In this document: positions 14,490 to 27,753 of the stretch, in pieces
Position numbering within the stretch: the stretch's first letter is position 1
How the letters are laid out: every line of letters starts with the position of its first letter
NCBI GenBank assembly: GCA_964016885.1
Contig: OZ024751.1
Location: 30,814,001-30,878,000 of the forward strand
DNA: 64,000 nucleotides
Direction of reading: 5' to 3'
Source of the DNA: Eledone cirrhosa
Taxonomy: Eukaryota
Program-made: the position numbers and the translations under genes
The notes under the pieces: model-generated
What the model was told of the DNA's origin: nothing
Seen by the model: only the letters and a program-made list of their open reading frames with translations
The model's database searches: none

Positions 14490-14673
14490 AATAATAATTG
14501 TTTCTACTTTAGGCACAAGGCCAGCAATTACCCAGTACATTACTGGTACTTTATTTTATCGACCCCGTAAGGATGAAAGGCAAAGTTAACCTTGGCGGGA
14601 TTTGAACTCAGACTGTAAAGGGACGTAACTATGCTAGAAAGCATGGCGTCCAACCCTCTACCGATACTGCCAA
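14490..14673 (-). mobile_element. Young SINE nested inside an older tRNA-SINE (about 14455-14770)
   Basis: Older head TGGCCTAGTGG at 14461 is separated from its B-box region (GAGTTCAGTTCC, about 14682) by a complete antisense young SINE. Confidence 0.75.
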
Positions 14674-15924
14674 AATGTCATGAGTTCAGTTCCTGGATGG
14701 GTTATGTGTTGTCTTCATGAGAAAAACACTTCATTTAATGTTGCTCCAGTATACTCAGCTGTTTTAAGTACAAAAAGTGTGGCCTAGTGGTGTGTTGGAT
14801 TTACAATCATAATGTTGTGGCTTCACTTCCTGGACTGGGTTGTATTGGGTCATCAAGTATGAAATTTGTAGAAATTTGTTTTTTTTTTTTTCTACAAATT
14901 TCATACTTGACGATCCAATATGTTATGATCTTGAGCAAAACACTTCATTTCCCATTGCTCCAGTATACTCAGCTGAAAATGAGTACCAGCAATAGCTGGG
15001 GGTTTAACTCAGGGTTGGACTGTAATCCTGAGCAGGAGGAGTTTTGTATTCTGTCACTTAACGCCACAGAAACTGGGATAAGCACTGGCCTGATGAAACT
15101 CTGGATACAAGACAGACTATTTTTATAGATAAGGGCCTATTTTCAAATATATATATATATGAAAGCAACAATTTATAATAATTTTCCATTTCCTGCACGG
15201 AAACTACTAACAAAGGATGACCTAATCCCCGTTGCCAGGTAACACATCTCAGGGCTACTGTCACTCTTCATGTGTCCACTCTGAAAAGTAGATCTGGAGA
15301 AATTTTGGAGTTGCTTGAGATGCAAGTGAACTAACTATTTGCAACACTAATTTAAGGAAACTGGCCACCTGATCACATTTAATTCATGTGAATACACAAA
15401 CCAGATTGACTTTATATGATTGTACTGACACCACCTCAAAAAGCACCCAGTACATCCTGTAAAGTGGTAATCCTGGTGTCACAACAAAAAGCACAGTCAA
15501 CCCTGTAAGGTAGTTATACTGGTACCACCCTGAACTGAGCCATGTAAAACAGATGAACTGAGCCATGAAAAACAGATGGACTGGGACATGTAAAATAGAT
15601 GAATTGAGCAATGTAAATAGATGAACTGAGCCATGTAAAATAGATGAACCAAACAAACATATTCAAACACTCAGTGAAATAGTTCAAGTAGACTTGAGCT
15701 CACAAATAATACTATTTCTAATAACCAATTTTACTTGAACTTTTAAGGATTATGCTGTTCTTCTTTTGTGTGTATTTTCTATTCTCTGTTGCATCATTTA
15801 TAATGTATATATTGTATTATGTTTGTTATAATAATTGATATAGTATGTAATTATATTTCTATTGTACTGTCACATTCTGCAATGTGTTGCCTTTGTAGCA
15901 ACATAGAGATAATTATAATATAAA

Positions 15925-16120
15925 ATAACATGATTACTGGAGGTTGTGAGAGAGAGTGGGGGGTAACATATGATTACTGGAGGTTGTGAGAGAGAGTGGG
16001 GGGGTAACATATGATTACTGGAGGTTGTGAGAGAGAGTGGGGGGTAACATATGATTACTGGAGGTTGTGAGAGAGAGTGGGGGGTAACATGATTACTGGA
16101 GGTTGTGAGAGAGAGTGGGG
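15925..16120. repeat. About 40-bp minisatellite, about 5 copies
   Basis: TAACATATGATTACTGGAGGTTGTGAGAGAGAGTGGGGGG repeated. Confidence 0.9.
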
Positions 16121-16578
16121 AAGACAACAGCTACAACTACTACAGTAAGGAAGAAGAAGGCAGTGATGATGATAGTGTGAACCCTTGATCCTCTTAAAAT
16201 CAGACCCAGCTGTAGCTCTACAAATAATATTCTCTGGCAATATTTCAACTGTCAAGTGTGGAGGATTGACAGAATTGGTAGAGCATCAGATAAAATGCAA
16301 TTGTGCTATTTGTTCTCATTCTTTACATTCTGAGGCATTCAAAATCTCAGCAAGGTCAACTTTGTCTTTAATCTCTCTGGAGTCAATAAAATAAAGTACC
16401 AGTCAAGTACTAGGGTTGATATAATAAAATACCAGTTAACTTCTGAAGTTGATATAATCAATTTTAACCTTCCTCTCCAAATTTGCTGGCTTTATGTCTA
16501 AATTAGAAATTAATGTTTCAACTATCCATTGTTATAATTCTTTACTAATTATGTTTGTTTTTGTTTTTTGTTAACTAG

Positions 16579-16652
16579 ATTATGAGAAGCCTTCCTGCTT
16601 TGACACTGAATTGAACCCAAAATATTTAAATATGCAGCCAATGGAAGATATG
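16579..16652 (+). CDS. HtrL/YibB-like protein, coding exon 2 (stem)
   Basis: T-rich tract with CTAG acceptor, 74 nt (Y)YEKPSCFDTELNPKYLNMQPMEDM, donor GTTAGT. Phase 1 in and phase 0 out fit both neighbours. Confidence 0.75.
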
Positions 16653-16984
16653 GTTAGTAATTAGATTGCTTAACTCTTTAGTATTTAAACTGACTGTATC
16701 CGGCCAGAATTCTCTCACCTCTTTCTGTTCAAACTGCTCATAACTAGCTGCTCATACTGATGTTAAGGTATTTTTCTCAAAATAAATAATATCAAAATCT
16801 CATAGATTCAATATTATGTGATATAATTATGTGAGCTAAAGGCTTTACCATGAAAATATAGTAAATATAGAGTAATGTAAATGCTGAAGGGTTAATTTAG
16901 AGTGAAACCAATGTAACTGGGCTATAAGGGGAAGTGTCTATTTTTGCTTTTAATTAAAAATATTTATTTTTCTCTTTTCTTTTC

Positions 16985-17480
16985 TTCGCCCACTTTTCCT
17001 GTGAGGGTCGCGGGGGCCGAGTCCTCAAACACACCTTCCAACAGTTCCTGTTAGAAGCTCATGGATGTTATCCAACCATCTTGCTCGGGGTCTACCCCTG
17101 GGTCTCCTACCAGTTGGTTTTGCCTGTAAAATCTGTCCAGCGATTCTTTCCTGAGATATTCTAACCACATGCCCATAGTATCGGAGCTGTGATCGCTCAA
17201 TTTGGAGAAGTAGTGACTCTACCTGGAGTGACTCTCTCATCTCTGAGCTACATGTTACTCCAAAGACCCTTCGCAGGAACCACATTTCAGCTACTTGTAT
17301 TCATGATCGTAGTCTTTCAGTCATTACCTAAGATTCATGACCATAGGTAAGGAGTTGCACAAATACCGATTTGAAGATAGCAAGTTTGGCTTTTATGTCT
17401 ACTTCCCTTCTTCTGATTACCGAATGCTGAAGCTGGCACGTTACTGCACCAACTCTATCTGCTTCAGTGGAATTCTGTTC
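16985..17480 (-). mobile_element. RTE-clade LINE 3' fragment (intronic)
   Basis: KAKLAIFKSVFVQLLTYGHES and MWFLRRVFGVT..IERSQLRYYGHVVR..GRRPRGRPRARWLD. Confidence 0.8.
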
Positions 17481-17857
17481 ACCTGTAGAGTGCACTGCAC
17501 AGGCTTCCTTACAAATAATTTGTTTCAAAATACGATCATGAATACAATACACCAAACCACCAAAATGGGATTCTTCCAAAGGATCTTTTGAGTAATGCTA
17601 CTTGATTAAGTGCTTAGCTCAGAGATTAAGGAGTCACTCCAGGTAGATCCACTACTTCTCCACATTGAGAATTCTACAGGCATGTGGGTTAGAATGTTGT
17701 GCATGGATGTGTGTTTGTGTCTGTCTCCTATAATAAAGACAGGCAACCAGCAGTAAATGGAGATTGGCAGTATAAAATTATACTTCATTATATATACTGT
17801 ATAGAGGTTGTGATTGAGTTATTGTAAATATACATTATCATATATGCTATATAGAGC

Positions 17858-18045
17858 GGTGGATTGGCAGTATCGGTAGAGGGTCGGACGCCAGGCTTTG
17901 CAGCATAGAGTTACGTCCCTTTATGATCTGAGCTCAAATCCCGCCGAGGTTAACTTTGCCTTTCATCCTTACGGGGTCGATAAAATAAAATACCAGTAAT
18001 GTACTGGGTAATTGATGGCCGTGTGCCAAAAGTGGAAACAATTAT
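17858..18045 (+). mobile_element. Young tRNA-derived SINE with 17-bp TSD
   Basis: Full-length copy; ATTATCATATATGCTAT duplicated at 17834-17850 and 18041-18057. Confidence 0.85.
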
Positions 18046-18729
18046 CATATATGCTATGTGAAGGTGTGTGGCTGAGTGGTTAGAAAATTAGATTCGCAAT
18101 TGTGAGGTTGTGATTTCAATTCAGAGGCCGGGTGATGTTATGTCCTTGAGCAAGACACTTTATTTCACATTGCTCCTTCTGCCTGGATTTGCGACTGATA
18201 GATAGTATTAACAATTGGAAAGACCAAAGAAAACATTGTTTCCTCAGTTTGATTGGACAAGCTCTACCCCACTCTATAAGGAAATGAGGTCTGGGATCTT
18301 GTCGATCAACTGTCAGTATGTAGAATATAATAGCGTGTTTGAGTGTTGGGCACCATGCTTTGCAGCATATAGTTACAGCCTTTTACGTTCTGAGTTCTAA
18401 TCCCGCTAGTCAGCTTTGCCTTTCATCCTTACGGGGTCGATAAAATAAAGTACCAGTAACACACTGGGATCGATTTAATCAACTTTCCCTTCCCCAAAAA
18501 TTGTTAGCCTTGTGCCTCAATCAGAAACCATTATATGTACTATATGTTGTAATTGAGTTGCTTTAAACCTTTAGCATTTAAACTGGCTGAATCCGGCCAG
18601 AATTCTCTCTCCTCTTTCTGTTCAAACTGGCAGCAACCAGAACCCCTCTTTTTCTTTTATTTATTCTTTTACGATATGTAAATACTTATAATCTGGTCTC
18701 TTACAAGTAACACTCTGTAGTGGGCATAA

Positions 18730-19049
<320 letters not shown>

Positions 19050-19054
19050 ATAAA

Positions 19055-19589
19055 AATAATATGCAGTGTTTACTTATACAAAGGATATCTTACTGTAAAA
19101 CTAACAGCTCCAATAATATGCAGTGTTTACTTATACAAAGGATATCTTAGAACTAACTGCACCAATAATATGCAGTGTTTACTTATACAAAGGATATCTT
19201 AAAACTAACTGCACCAATAATATGCAGTGTTTACTTATACAAAGGATATCTTAAAACTAACTGCACCAATAATATGCAGTGTTTACTTATACAAAGGATA
19301 TCTTAAAACTAACTGCACCAATAATATGCAGTGTTTACTTATACAAAGGATATCTTAAAACTAACTGCACCAATAATATGCAGTGTTTACTTATACAAAG
19401 GATATCTTAAAACTAACTGCTCCAATAATATGCAGTGTTTACTTATACAAAGGATATCTTAAAACTAACAGCTCCAATAATATGCAGTGTTTACTTATAC
19501 AAAGGATATCTTAAAACTAACAGCTCCAATAATATGCAGTGTTTACTTATACAAAGGATATCTTAAAACTAACAGCTCCAATAATATGC
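19055..19589. repeat. 52-bp minisatellite, about 10 copies
   Basis: AATAATATGCAGTGTTTACTTATACAAAGGATATCTTAAAACTAACTGCACC; period 52 (19171 to 19223). Confidence 0.95.
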
Positions 19590-20211
19590 TAATATCTAAA
19601 TTTTGCCAAAAACGAAAATGTATGCATGAATGAATGTGAATAAATATCACTTCTTTCAAGAATGGACATAGAATTTATAAAGAGTAAATTTAAGTCTCTT
19701 TACTTTGTCCAGATCAACTTAATATTTCCTTAATAAGGCATCAAGCAATGAATTGGCAGAGTTGTTGCAATATCAGATAAAATGCTTTGTGGTATTTGTT
19801 CTGCCTCTTTCCACTCTCTGAATTCAAATCTTGCTGAAATCAATTTTGCCTTTCATTCCTGGTACAAAAAGTACCAGTCCAATACTGGGGTCAATTATTC
19901 CTCTATATTCTTTCTCGCTTCCTCTCTCTCAAGGAAATTGGTGGTGTTGAGACCTGGAAAAGGGATGGGCTCTCCCAGGTTTAAAATGCCCAAATCATGC
20001 CATATGTCACAATGCCACCCCTACATCTCCACTAGGAGTTATGGGTCTATACACACATAATGAGTTATTTGGATAAAGTATGAGAATATATTCAAGATAC
20101 AGATACTCTCTCCAAGGTCAATGACCTGGATAGTGGAGATAAAAACTTAGCTTTAGATTTCAAATGTAACTTGAATGACGATTACTTCTTCAATATCTTC
20201 TTGTCTTTCAG

Positions 20212-20678
20212 ATTTCAATAAATTTGGAGAAAAATCTGAAAACGTTTAAACCTTCTGAAAATGTGACATTAGTTACAGCATATTTCCAATTAGACACCTT
20301 TAAGAAGGGAAAATATATTCATGTAAATCCCAATATATATAAAAAATGGTCCTCTGTTTATTCTCGGATTCTCAATCCTGTAGTCTTCTTCACTGACTCA
20401 CCAGAGATTTTTGCAATATTTAAGAAACTGCGACTGCCAGATTTAAATAACTTAACAAAAGTGATCTTAGTTAACAGAAAGGACTTGTGGGCATTTAATA
20501 TAAAACCTGAAATTGCTAAAATATTCAGTCAAGTTGATTATCCCAAATACCATCCAAATACTGTGATACCTGAATATTCATGTGTGATGCATGCTAAATA
20601 TGAACTACTCAAAAAATCTATCCAACAGAATTATTTTCACACAAACTTTTTTATGTGGATTGACGTTGGATATTTTCG
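20212..20678 (+). CDS. HtrL/YibB-like protein, coding exon 3
   Basis: TTTCAG acceptor (phase 0), VTLVTAYF..NPVVFFTD..YPKYHPNTVIPEYSCVMHAKY..FHTNFFMWIDVGYFR, donor GTAAGT at 20679 (phase 2). Confidence 0.9.
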
Positions 20679-20884
20679 GTAAGTCTTACTTGTTTAAAAT
20701 CTTTATTCATTTAGTAACTAATCAATTAGTTAGTCAATTAGTGCTGCTTTGCTATGAATGAATCACTATATGCTCTGAAACAAATTTTCCACACATGTAG
20801 CATTGCTGTTATTGAGAAGTTATATTAAGAGGCAAAATTGAAAATCTACATTGGCTTCTGTACCTATGGCATCAAAATGATCTA

Positions 20885-22099
20885 CAGGGTTTGGAAGCAA
20901 ATTTTTGAAATTTAATTTCTGAAAGTGTTGTAAGTATATCATTAATCTTCTTTTATTTTGGGGTTAAAACATTAGTCTATGTAAACATATTGGACTTTGT
21001 TTGAATATCTTAAAGAATTTGAAAATGTCATCCAATAGAGAAATAATACTCAAACTTCATCGTGCAGGGAGGTCAGATTCGGTTGCAAGATCTACTGTTT
21101 GGAAAGCTGTGAAGCATTTTAAAGAGCAGGATTTATTGGATAGACCCAGAAGTGGAAGATCAGAAACGGAACAAACTCCTACTCTCATTAAAGCCGTTTG
21201 AGAAAGGATAAGAAGAAATCCAAAATGGTCCATGAGAAAATTGATAAAAGACATCTGAGTAAGTCCTAGGACAATGATGACTTGGGAATGTCTTCCTTCA
21301 CCCTTCAAAAGAGACACTCTTTCTGAAAAGACAAAACAAAAAAGGTTAGAGAGAAGCAAGAATTTGCTTAAAGAAATGAAATGTGGCAGGGGAAATTGTC
21401 TGGCCAGATAAAAAGATTTTCACTGTTGAGCAGACACACAACCAAAGAAATAATCAAATCATTGGGAAAAATGCATCAGTAATCAGTGTTGATCAAAAAT
21501 CTGTATTCCATACAATGAAACTAGCTTCTGTTATGGTCTGGGGATCTGTTTCATCATCTTGGAAGTCTTATCTCATTTATGTGGAACAAAGGGAAAAAAA
21601 ATCAGCTCCCAATTTTACATAAACGATATTCTGGAGCCTATGCTTGCTTCTGCAACTGTGTTGGCAGTGATTTGGACCTTCCAACAGGATGGAGCCACCT
21701 CTCCTACTGGTGCAGACCATCTTCTGAGGTTATGGTCAACAGAAATGTGGCTTCCTTGTTCACCTGATTTAAATCCTATGGACTTTTCAGTATGGCCTAT
21801 CCTTGAAGAAAAAGCCTGTTCAAAAGTCCCTAAGACGGTCAATGATTTAAAGGCATCTTTACTGAGCGCATGGAAAGAAATTCTCCAAGAAATATTGTGT
21901 GCTTCGGTGAAAGATGTTTGACAGAGGTTAGAGGCTGTTATTGCTGCATGAGGGGGGGGGGGGTTCATTTTGAATAAACTCTATACATTATATTCTAAAG
22001 ATATTTATATATAATTACATGTATGTTGCCGGTCAATAAAGTTAGTAGTTTTGTTATTAAAAGCATTTTTATTTGCTTCCAAACTTATGCCCCACCCTG
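20885..22099 (+). mobile_element. Degenerate Tc1/mariner (maT/DD37D-like) transposon in intron
   Basis: TA target sites at both ends; right TIR reads CAGGGTGGGGCATAAGTTTGGAAGCAAA inward, left TIR is the same with an internal deletion; DRPRSGR, VMVWG, WTFQQDGA, SPDLNPMDFSVW motifs with stops and frameshifts. Confidence 0.9.
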
Positions 22100-22656
22100 T
22101 AAATTTCCAACTGTATAAACACATATATTTATATATATATATATATATATATATTTATGAAGTATACTAATGTATGTTTCCATATGAAGTCATCATCAAC
22201 ATCATCATTTTTACATTGACTTTTCCATGCTATCATGGGTTAGACAAGACTTTTTGAGGCAATGTTCTACAGCCGGATGCCCTTCCTGACACCAACCTAT
22301 TTTGTCCCTTTTTACAATACTCAGGGACACAGTGAACCTATTCTAAATCAGATATACATGGTCATAACTCAAACATTTAAATACCTTTTCATAGAGTCCT
22401 TCAAAGCACCCTTCTTCATCCTTTCTTCTTCTTTATAGTCTTTCTGTTTTCATTAGTTTGATCTGAAGGAAGGAGTTGTGACCATAGTTTACTCAAACCC
22501 TCTGAAACCATTGAGATTGGTGCCATTAACTCTGGTCTTCACCCTAATTATCTATTCTGCTATAGTTGAAGATCAATATTTTCTACAAAAGACAATCATT
22601 TCAGTAATTTGATGTTATTTTTTTTATCTTTTATCTTTTTCTTTTCTTTTTTTCAG

Positions 22657-23026
22657 CTATGAAGTAAACAAAACGACCAAATTTGGTTTAAGTCTACCAA
22701 ACGGATTTGATAGAAGGAGTGTAGCATTCAGCTTAGTATGTGATTTTGAGGAAGCATCTTTAAAAGAGTTAATATGGGAAAACCGTGTTTGGGTTGCTGG
22801 TGGGGCAAACCTTGGACATTCTGAAGTGTTATCAAGATTTTGTGATGAATACATTAGTAGTGTTAAAAGAGCATTGAATCAAAATTTGATCAGTACTGAC
22901 CAACAAATTATTTATGCTATGAATGTCTACAAAAATTGGTCATCAACCCGTCTCCAACTTTGTCGAGCCGGTTGGTTCTGTTTAGGATATTTAGCCAAGG
23001 ATTCTTGGCATCAACAGCAAGGTTAA
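22657..23026 (+). CDS. HtrL/YibB-like protein, coding exon 4 (to stop)
   Basis: Long polypyrimidine tract with CAG acceptor, phase 2 matches; YEVNKTTKFGLSLP..NRVWVAGG..STDQQIIYAM..WFCLGYL..TAA. Joined CDS 91+74+467+370=1002 nt, 333 aa. Confidence 0.9.
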
Positions 23027-24301
23027 TCATGCATTAACTTCTAATTTGAGATATTTGTTTTGTCTTCCAAAAGTGTCCTCACTGACCTATTTGTCATTCT
23101 CACTTCCAACATTTCAAAGATGACAGAAACAGTTATAAACAGCCAGTTCCTCTATCACCTTAAAAAAGTGGCACTTCTTCACCCAGCGATAGATAAATAT
23201 GCATTTATATATATATTGTTCAATTTAGGAAAGTTGGTTGATCAGATAATCCACCGAATTTTGTGATAAACAGACGTGAAGCACTCTACGATTTGTGTTA
23301 TCGATAAGGTATCAACTGGAGTGTCAATATTATAAAGAGAAGATATGGTTTTAAATGTATATCCTCTGTTTATTATATAATCCTGTTATATGCACATCGA
23401 AGGCATCAAAGTGATTGCATAATAACCCTTTGACATGTTCTCTTCAGACAGGTGGAAAGTTGTGGTATTTTTGTTTTGATATGCTATTGGAGTTATTAGC
23501 ATTGTGATAGCATTCCACTCCAGTAGTTTATATATATATATATATATATATTTCAAACCATAGAGCAAATATTTATTATTAGCACAGATTAAAAGTTTAA
23601 GTAAACAATTTCTGCTTTCACCCTTTTATGGGATCTTCAGAAACTGATATCCATGTCAATCTGAGAACAGAAATACAAATATTGTAATATTTAAAAAAAT
23701 ATTACAATCAAATATCACATTTGAATATAGAAAGACATAAGGGCTTTACACAATCTTGATGATGAAAACAGAAACAATCCCTATAATAATATGTACCCTA
23801 GGAATGATAAAAAAAAAAAGACAGATATATAACCCAAACCCCAGGACTTAGAAATATATTTAACATACAAAAAATAGCACTACTAGACTCTGCATACATA
23901 TTATATAGAATACTTTCAATAATATGGAAATACAATATTGCACGTACCCAAGGTGCACAGAGCTGTGCTCGTTAATGTAATGGTGATACACAATAAAAAT
24001 AAGACTTGGGGTGAGGATATCTGGGAGTGAAAATAACAGAGAGTGAGGATATCTGACAGTGATATAACCAATAACTATATTTTGTGATATAAGGAATGGG
24101 AAAACAGCCACAATTAAAAATAATAGCAATTATTGATGTTTCTCTATTATATTTAGCTGAGGCATCTGGCTTCAACTGGGAGAACAGTTAAGAGAAGACG
24201 GATAAAAGAGAAAATGACTGTATTGGATGTGTTGTCTCATATGAGGTGAGACCTTAATGTGTCTGTGTGTGTGTGTGAGAGAGACATAAAAAAAAAAACA
24301 A

Positions 24302-24535
24302 TCATAAAACTTCCTTATTAGGCTGGGGGAGTAAACTGCTGATTAAATGGTAGCATTGGCTTTCGATTTTAAAAGTTGTGAAATAACCATAGTCAGTATG
24401 ATCTTTTTCAGCTCCAAAGGATGTCATCTGAAACGCAGCAATATACCGCATAACATTACTTCTGAAGTGTTTAGCTTCATTAGTACAGCCTGTAAGTAGT
24501 ATATGGCTAAAAGCTGGAGGGTAGCTTAATTTCAA
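24302..24535 (-). mobile_element. Helitron Rep N-terminal fragment
   Basis: HFRSNVMRYIAAFQMTSFGA..FKIESQCYHLISSLLP resembles the Helitron NIRxYN.AFxMTSFG..QGQxYH.IGSLLP motif. Confidence 0.75.
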
Positions 24536-24974
24536 ACGGTATCAATTTTTCTTTGTTCTGTAAAATTAAAGACTGTAAAACTACTTTATAAAAGCTAATG
24601 CAATATTGTTAAACCTTCAACTGATATACTTTGATCTATAGTTTAAGCCGATTCTAGACTTTTGTGGGACATCCCTCTCTTCTGAATATCTAACACTTTA
24701 ATTGTATCTCTCTGTATAACAGCCTCTTTCTCTCGCTCTCTGTGTGTGTGGTTTTCGTATGATTCAACCAATAAACATCTCTTTTTTTTTTATATCCTAT
24801 ATAGTTTGAGTGTGAGAATAGGTGGGATGTTTATGCAATAGACAACTAATTAAAAAGTTGGGCTTTTTCTTCTACAGTAACCAACACAGCTTTGTGTTCA
24901 TTACACCTACAATTTAATGTATTCATTTTAATGGAAATGTCAACACTGCTTATTTTCTTTTTCAAAAACCTGCT

Positions 24975-25216
24975 TTTAACACCTCTTAGGATCTGACAGC
25001 AGATTTCTGCTGGGAATGTTGTCCTTTAAGTACCTACAGATTCTAACACATCTAAGGACCTGATAACAAACTTCTGTTTGGGATTTTGTGCAGTAGATAT
25101 CTCCTACGTCTAACACCTTTAACAACCTGCTTCTGATAACTCTAAGGACCTGGCAACATACTTCTCCTGGCACACTTGTTACTGTCAGTAGATATAGGTC
25201 AAACAAGAAACATCAT
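24975..25216 (-). repeat. Dispersed repeat with about 63-bp internal subrepeats (homolog of 63382-63797)
   Basis: CTGTCAGTAGATATAGGTCAAACAAGAAA is the reverse complement of the sequence at about 63388-63416; subrepeats also align. Confidence 0.7.
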
Positions 25217-25403
25217 ATCTTTATATCTTATTGGCTGTCTGCTCAGAATGTTTACAAGGAGAGACTTGTCCCTATTAAAGTTGTCAAAGTGTCAAAAGGT
25301 TGATGTTACTAAGAAGTGTTTTAAATGTATCTGTGCGTGTGTGTATGTGTGTATACATGTTTTGAAATGGCGAGCAAGTTTTAAATTAGAAATAGCTTTC
25401 GCC

Positions 25404-25441
<38 letters not shown>

Positions 25442-25654
25442 TAAAGAGATTTTAGCCTGATAGTGGGGTTTAGAACCCTCTAAGAAATGGAAAAAGATGA
25501 CTATTGATGTACATGTACTTCAAAACTCATCTTTATCCATTCTTTGAGGGTTCTAAACCCCACTATCAGGCTAGAATTTATTTATATATATATATATACA
25601 CACACACACCCATGCTAGTGTGGAAAATAGATGTTAAACGATGATATATATATA

Positions 25655-26094
25655 TGTAGCGATCTGCCCACGCCTTGGACCTTGGGTAACACCTAAAGGT
25701 CAAACTCTAGGTCACCACTCTTTTGGTGTGAACATGTTCATGTGTGGGCTATCCCCTCAAGGTGGGAGACAGAAAGCGACAGGTATATAAAGCCTGTATC
25801 ATCCCACGTTTATACAGAGAGATCGGAGGACCACGATACAGACCAGCTATGTGAAAGATTCACCACTATCTACAGGCCACAGTGGTCTACAGACCATTAC
25901 TCGCTCGCTCGCTCGCTCGCTCTCTCTCTCTCTCTACCAACCTCATGAACCAACAACAAAATAACATTGCCAACCTTCGCTACTCGTAACTTATTTATTG
26001 TTCTTTTTGGCTGAAGTGAAGTAAACCTTTATATATAAAATAAATCCGTCTTTCTTGTTATTACATCTAACAAATACTACTACCCTTCGTTATA
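25655..26094 (+). mobile_element. Probable solo LTR, family B
   Basis: TGTAGCGA...TCGTTATA termini, TATATAAAG box at about 25784, AATAAA at about 26039; related truncated start at 5480. Confidence 0.5.
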
Positions 26095-27711
26095 TAGATA
26101 GAGAGAAAATACATGCCTTCATTAAAGGATAGTAATTGTATATATGTAAATAAGGTTGCACAGCCACCGGAAATAACATGTGAAATATACAGCGCCATCT
26201 ACCTGTTAGCTAGCTACCTCACCATGAAACAAACAGCCCTTAGAAACTACCAGTTAAACGCCTACACAGCGGCTAAACATCAAACGATTATTTCTGTATA
26301 AATAGAGTGGTTCCAAACACTTTGGCAGAGTCAGCTAGCGCATCGTTGTTCCTTTACTCTGCCACGCTTTGTCACTCACACACGCCTTGTACCTCGTATC
26401 GTCGTCGCTTCATGTGAAAATAAATAGCTGATCGAATTTACATCGCCTTGCTTCGTCCTTTCAACTTGTGCTTTCGTCTGTCCATCCTCAACAGTTCTTT
26501 TAAGGGCTATCTTCAGATCTGATCAGACCGTATGCGATAACAGTCCTTCTAAGGGCTCTTCTCGGATCTGATCAGAAGTAGTGGCCAGACTGACTAACCA
26601 CGTCGCTACAAGATCGTTATTGCTCCAAACAGTCTAACCCAAAACGGAACGCCAACCTGTACCTAAGACTCCTGCCAAACCAAACCGTGCTCACAGGCAA
26701 ATCAAACGTGGACCACCCTTGGCACTAAACTCGGCTTACATAAACGGCCTCCAAATGGGAAAGAGAAACATTATCAAGCTGCAGCTATCATGTTACATAG
26801 TTTCTATATATGTATATCTTGTAAGGTCTGAACCATACAAATACAGCACGTTTATAATTATCAATTTCAGTTTTATGTCTGGTCTCTGGAAACATTGTAT
26901 GCATGGGTCTTGCACCTAATATAAAAAGTTAATATATTAATAGTCATTGTTATTTTTACTGAACGTCACAAAAACTGAGTGTTTGATTTGTACTATTATC
27001 TTGATAGTAACATGTCTCTATTCCAACCAAGCTTTCTAATATAAAATAAGAAAAGAAAAAGAAACGCTGTGAGAAGGGAGATAGAATTTTCAAACCAACA
27101 TACTTTAAACACTATACTTACATTACCTGACAATAACACACTCACATACGTACGTACGTATAGAGGGTTATGTAGTGCGTGCAGTTCACACATATATATA
27201 TACACATCAAAATAAATTAACGGAGTCATAGACTCGCGTTAGTCCCTGTAAATTATGAGCTCAAAGGAAAAAGAATCCTGGGCGCTTCAAATATAATATG
27301 TAGAAAAGATGACACACGAGAGAGAGAGAGTGTGTTTGTCAATGTATAGGGGAAAACCACCAGTGTATGGAATCTATAAACTACGAAAGGTGAGGTAGAC
27401 GCATAATAATTAAAAATATAAATCGGAATGAATTTACCCACCTTTATAACTATATATCACACACGTACAAACCCAAAGAGATTTGTTTCGCCAAAAGATT
27501 AGTGAATAAATACATATATATATACACACATATATATATATTTTTTTTTTTCACTCTACTATCCTAAGTATTGAGTACTCTGGTGCGTTATGGTCCATCT
27601 GGTTCCTACCACAATTCCTTTGTTACATATATTATATATTTATACATATATATATATATATATATATGGCTCACCATGGCCTCAGCCGGGTGGCTGGAAT
27701 AAGTAAAAGAG

Positions 27712-27753
<42 letters not shown>

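Noticed and set aside
17858-17945. tRNA genes at A/B-box sites
   Set aside because: They are SINE heads continuing into core and tail, with no full cloverleaf.
19055-19589. CRISPR-like arrays (also 35077-36020, 54915-55466, 61235-61876)
   Set aside because: Head-to-tail units without unique spacers, no cas genes, eukaryotic context.
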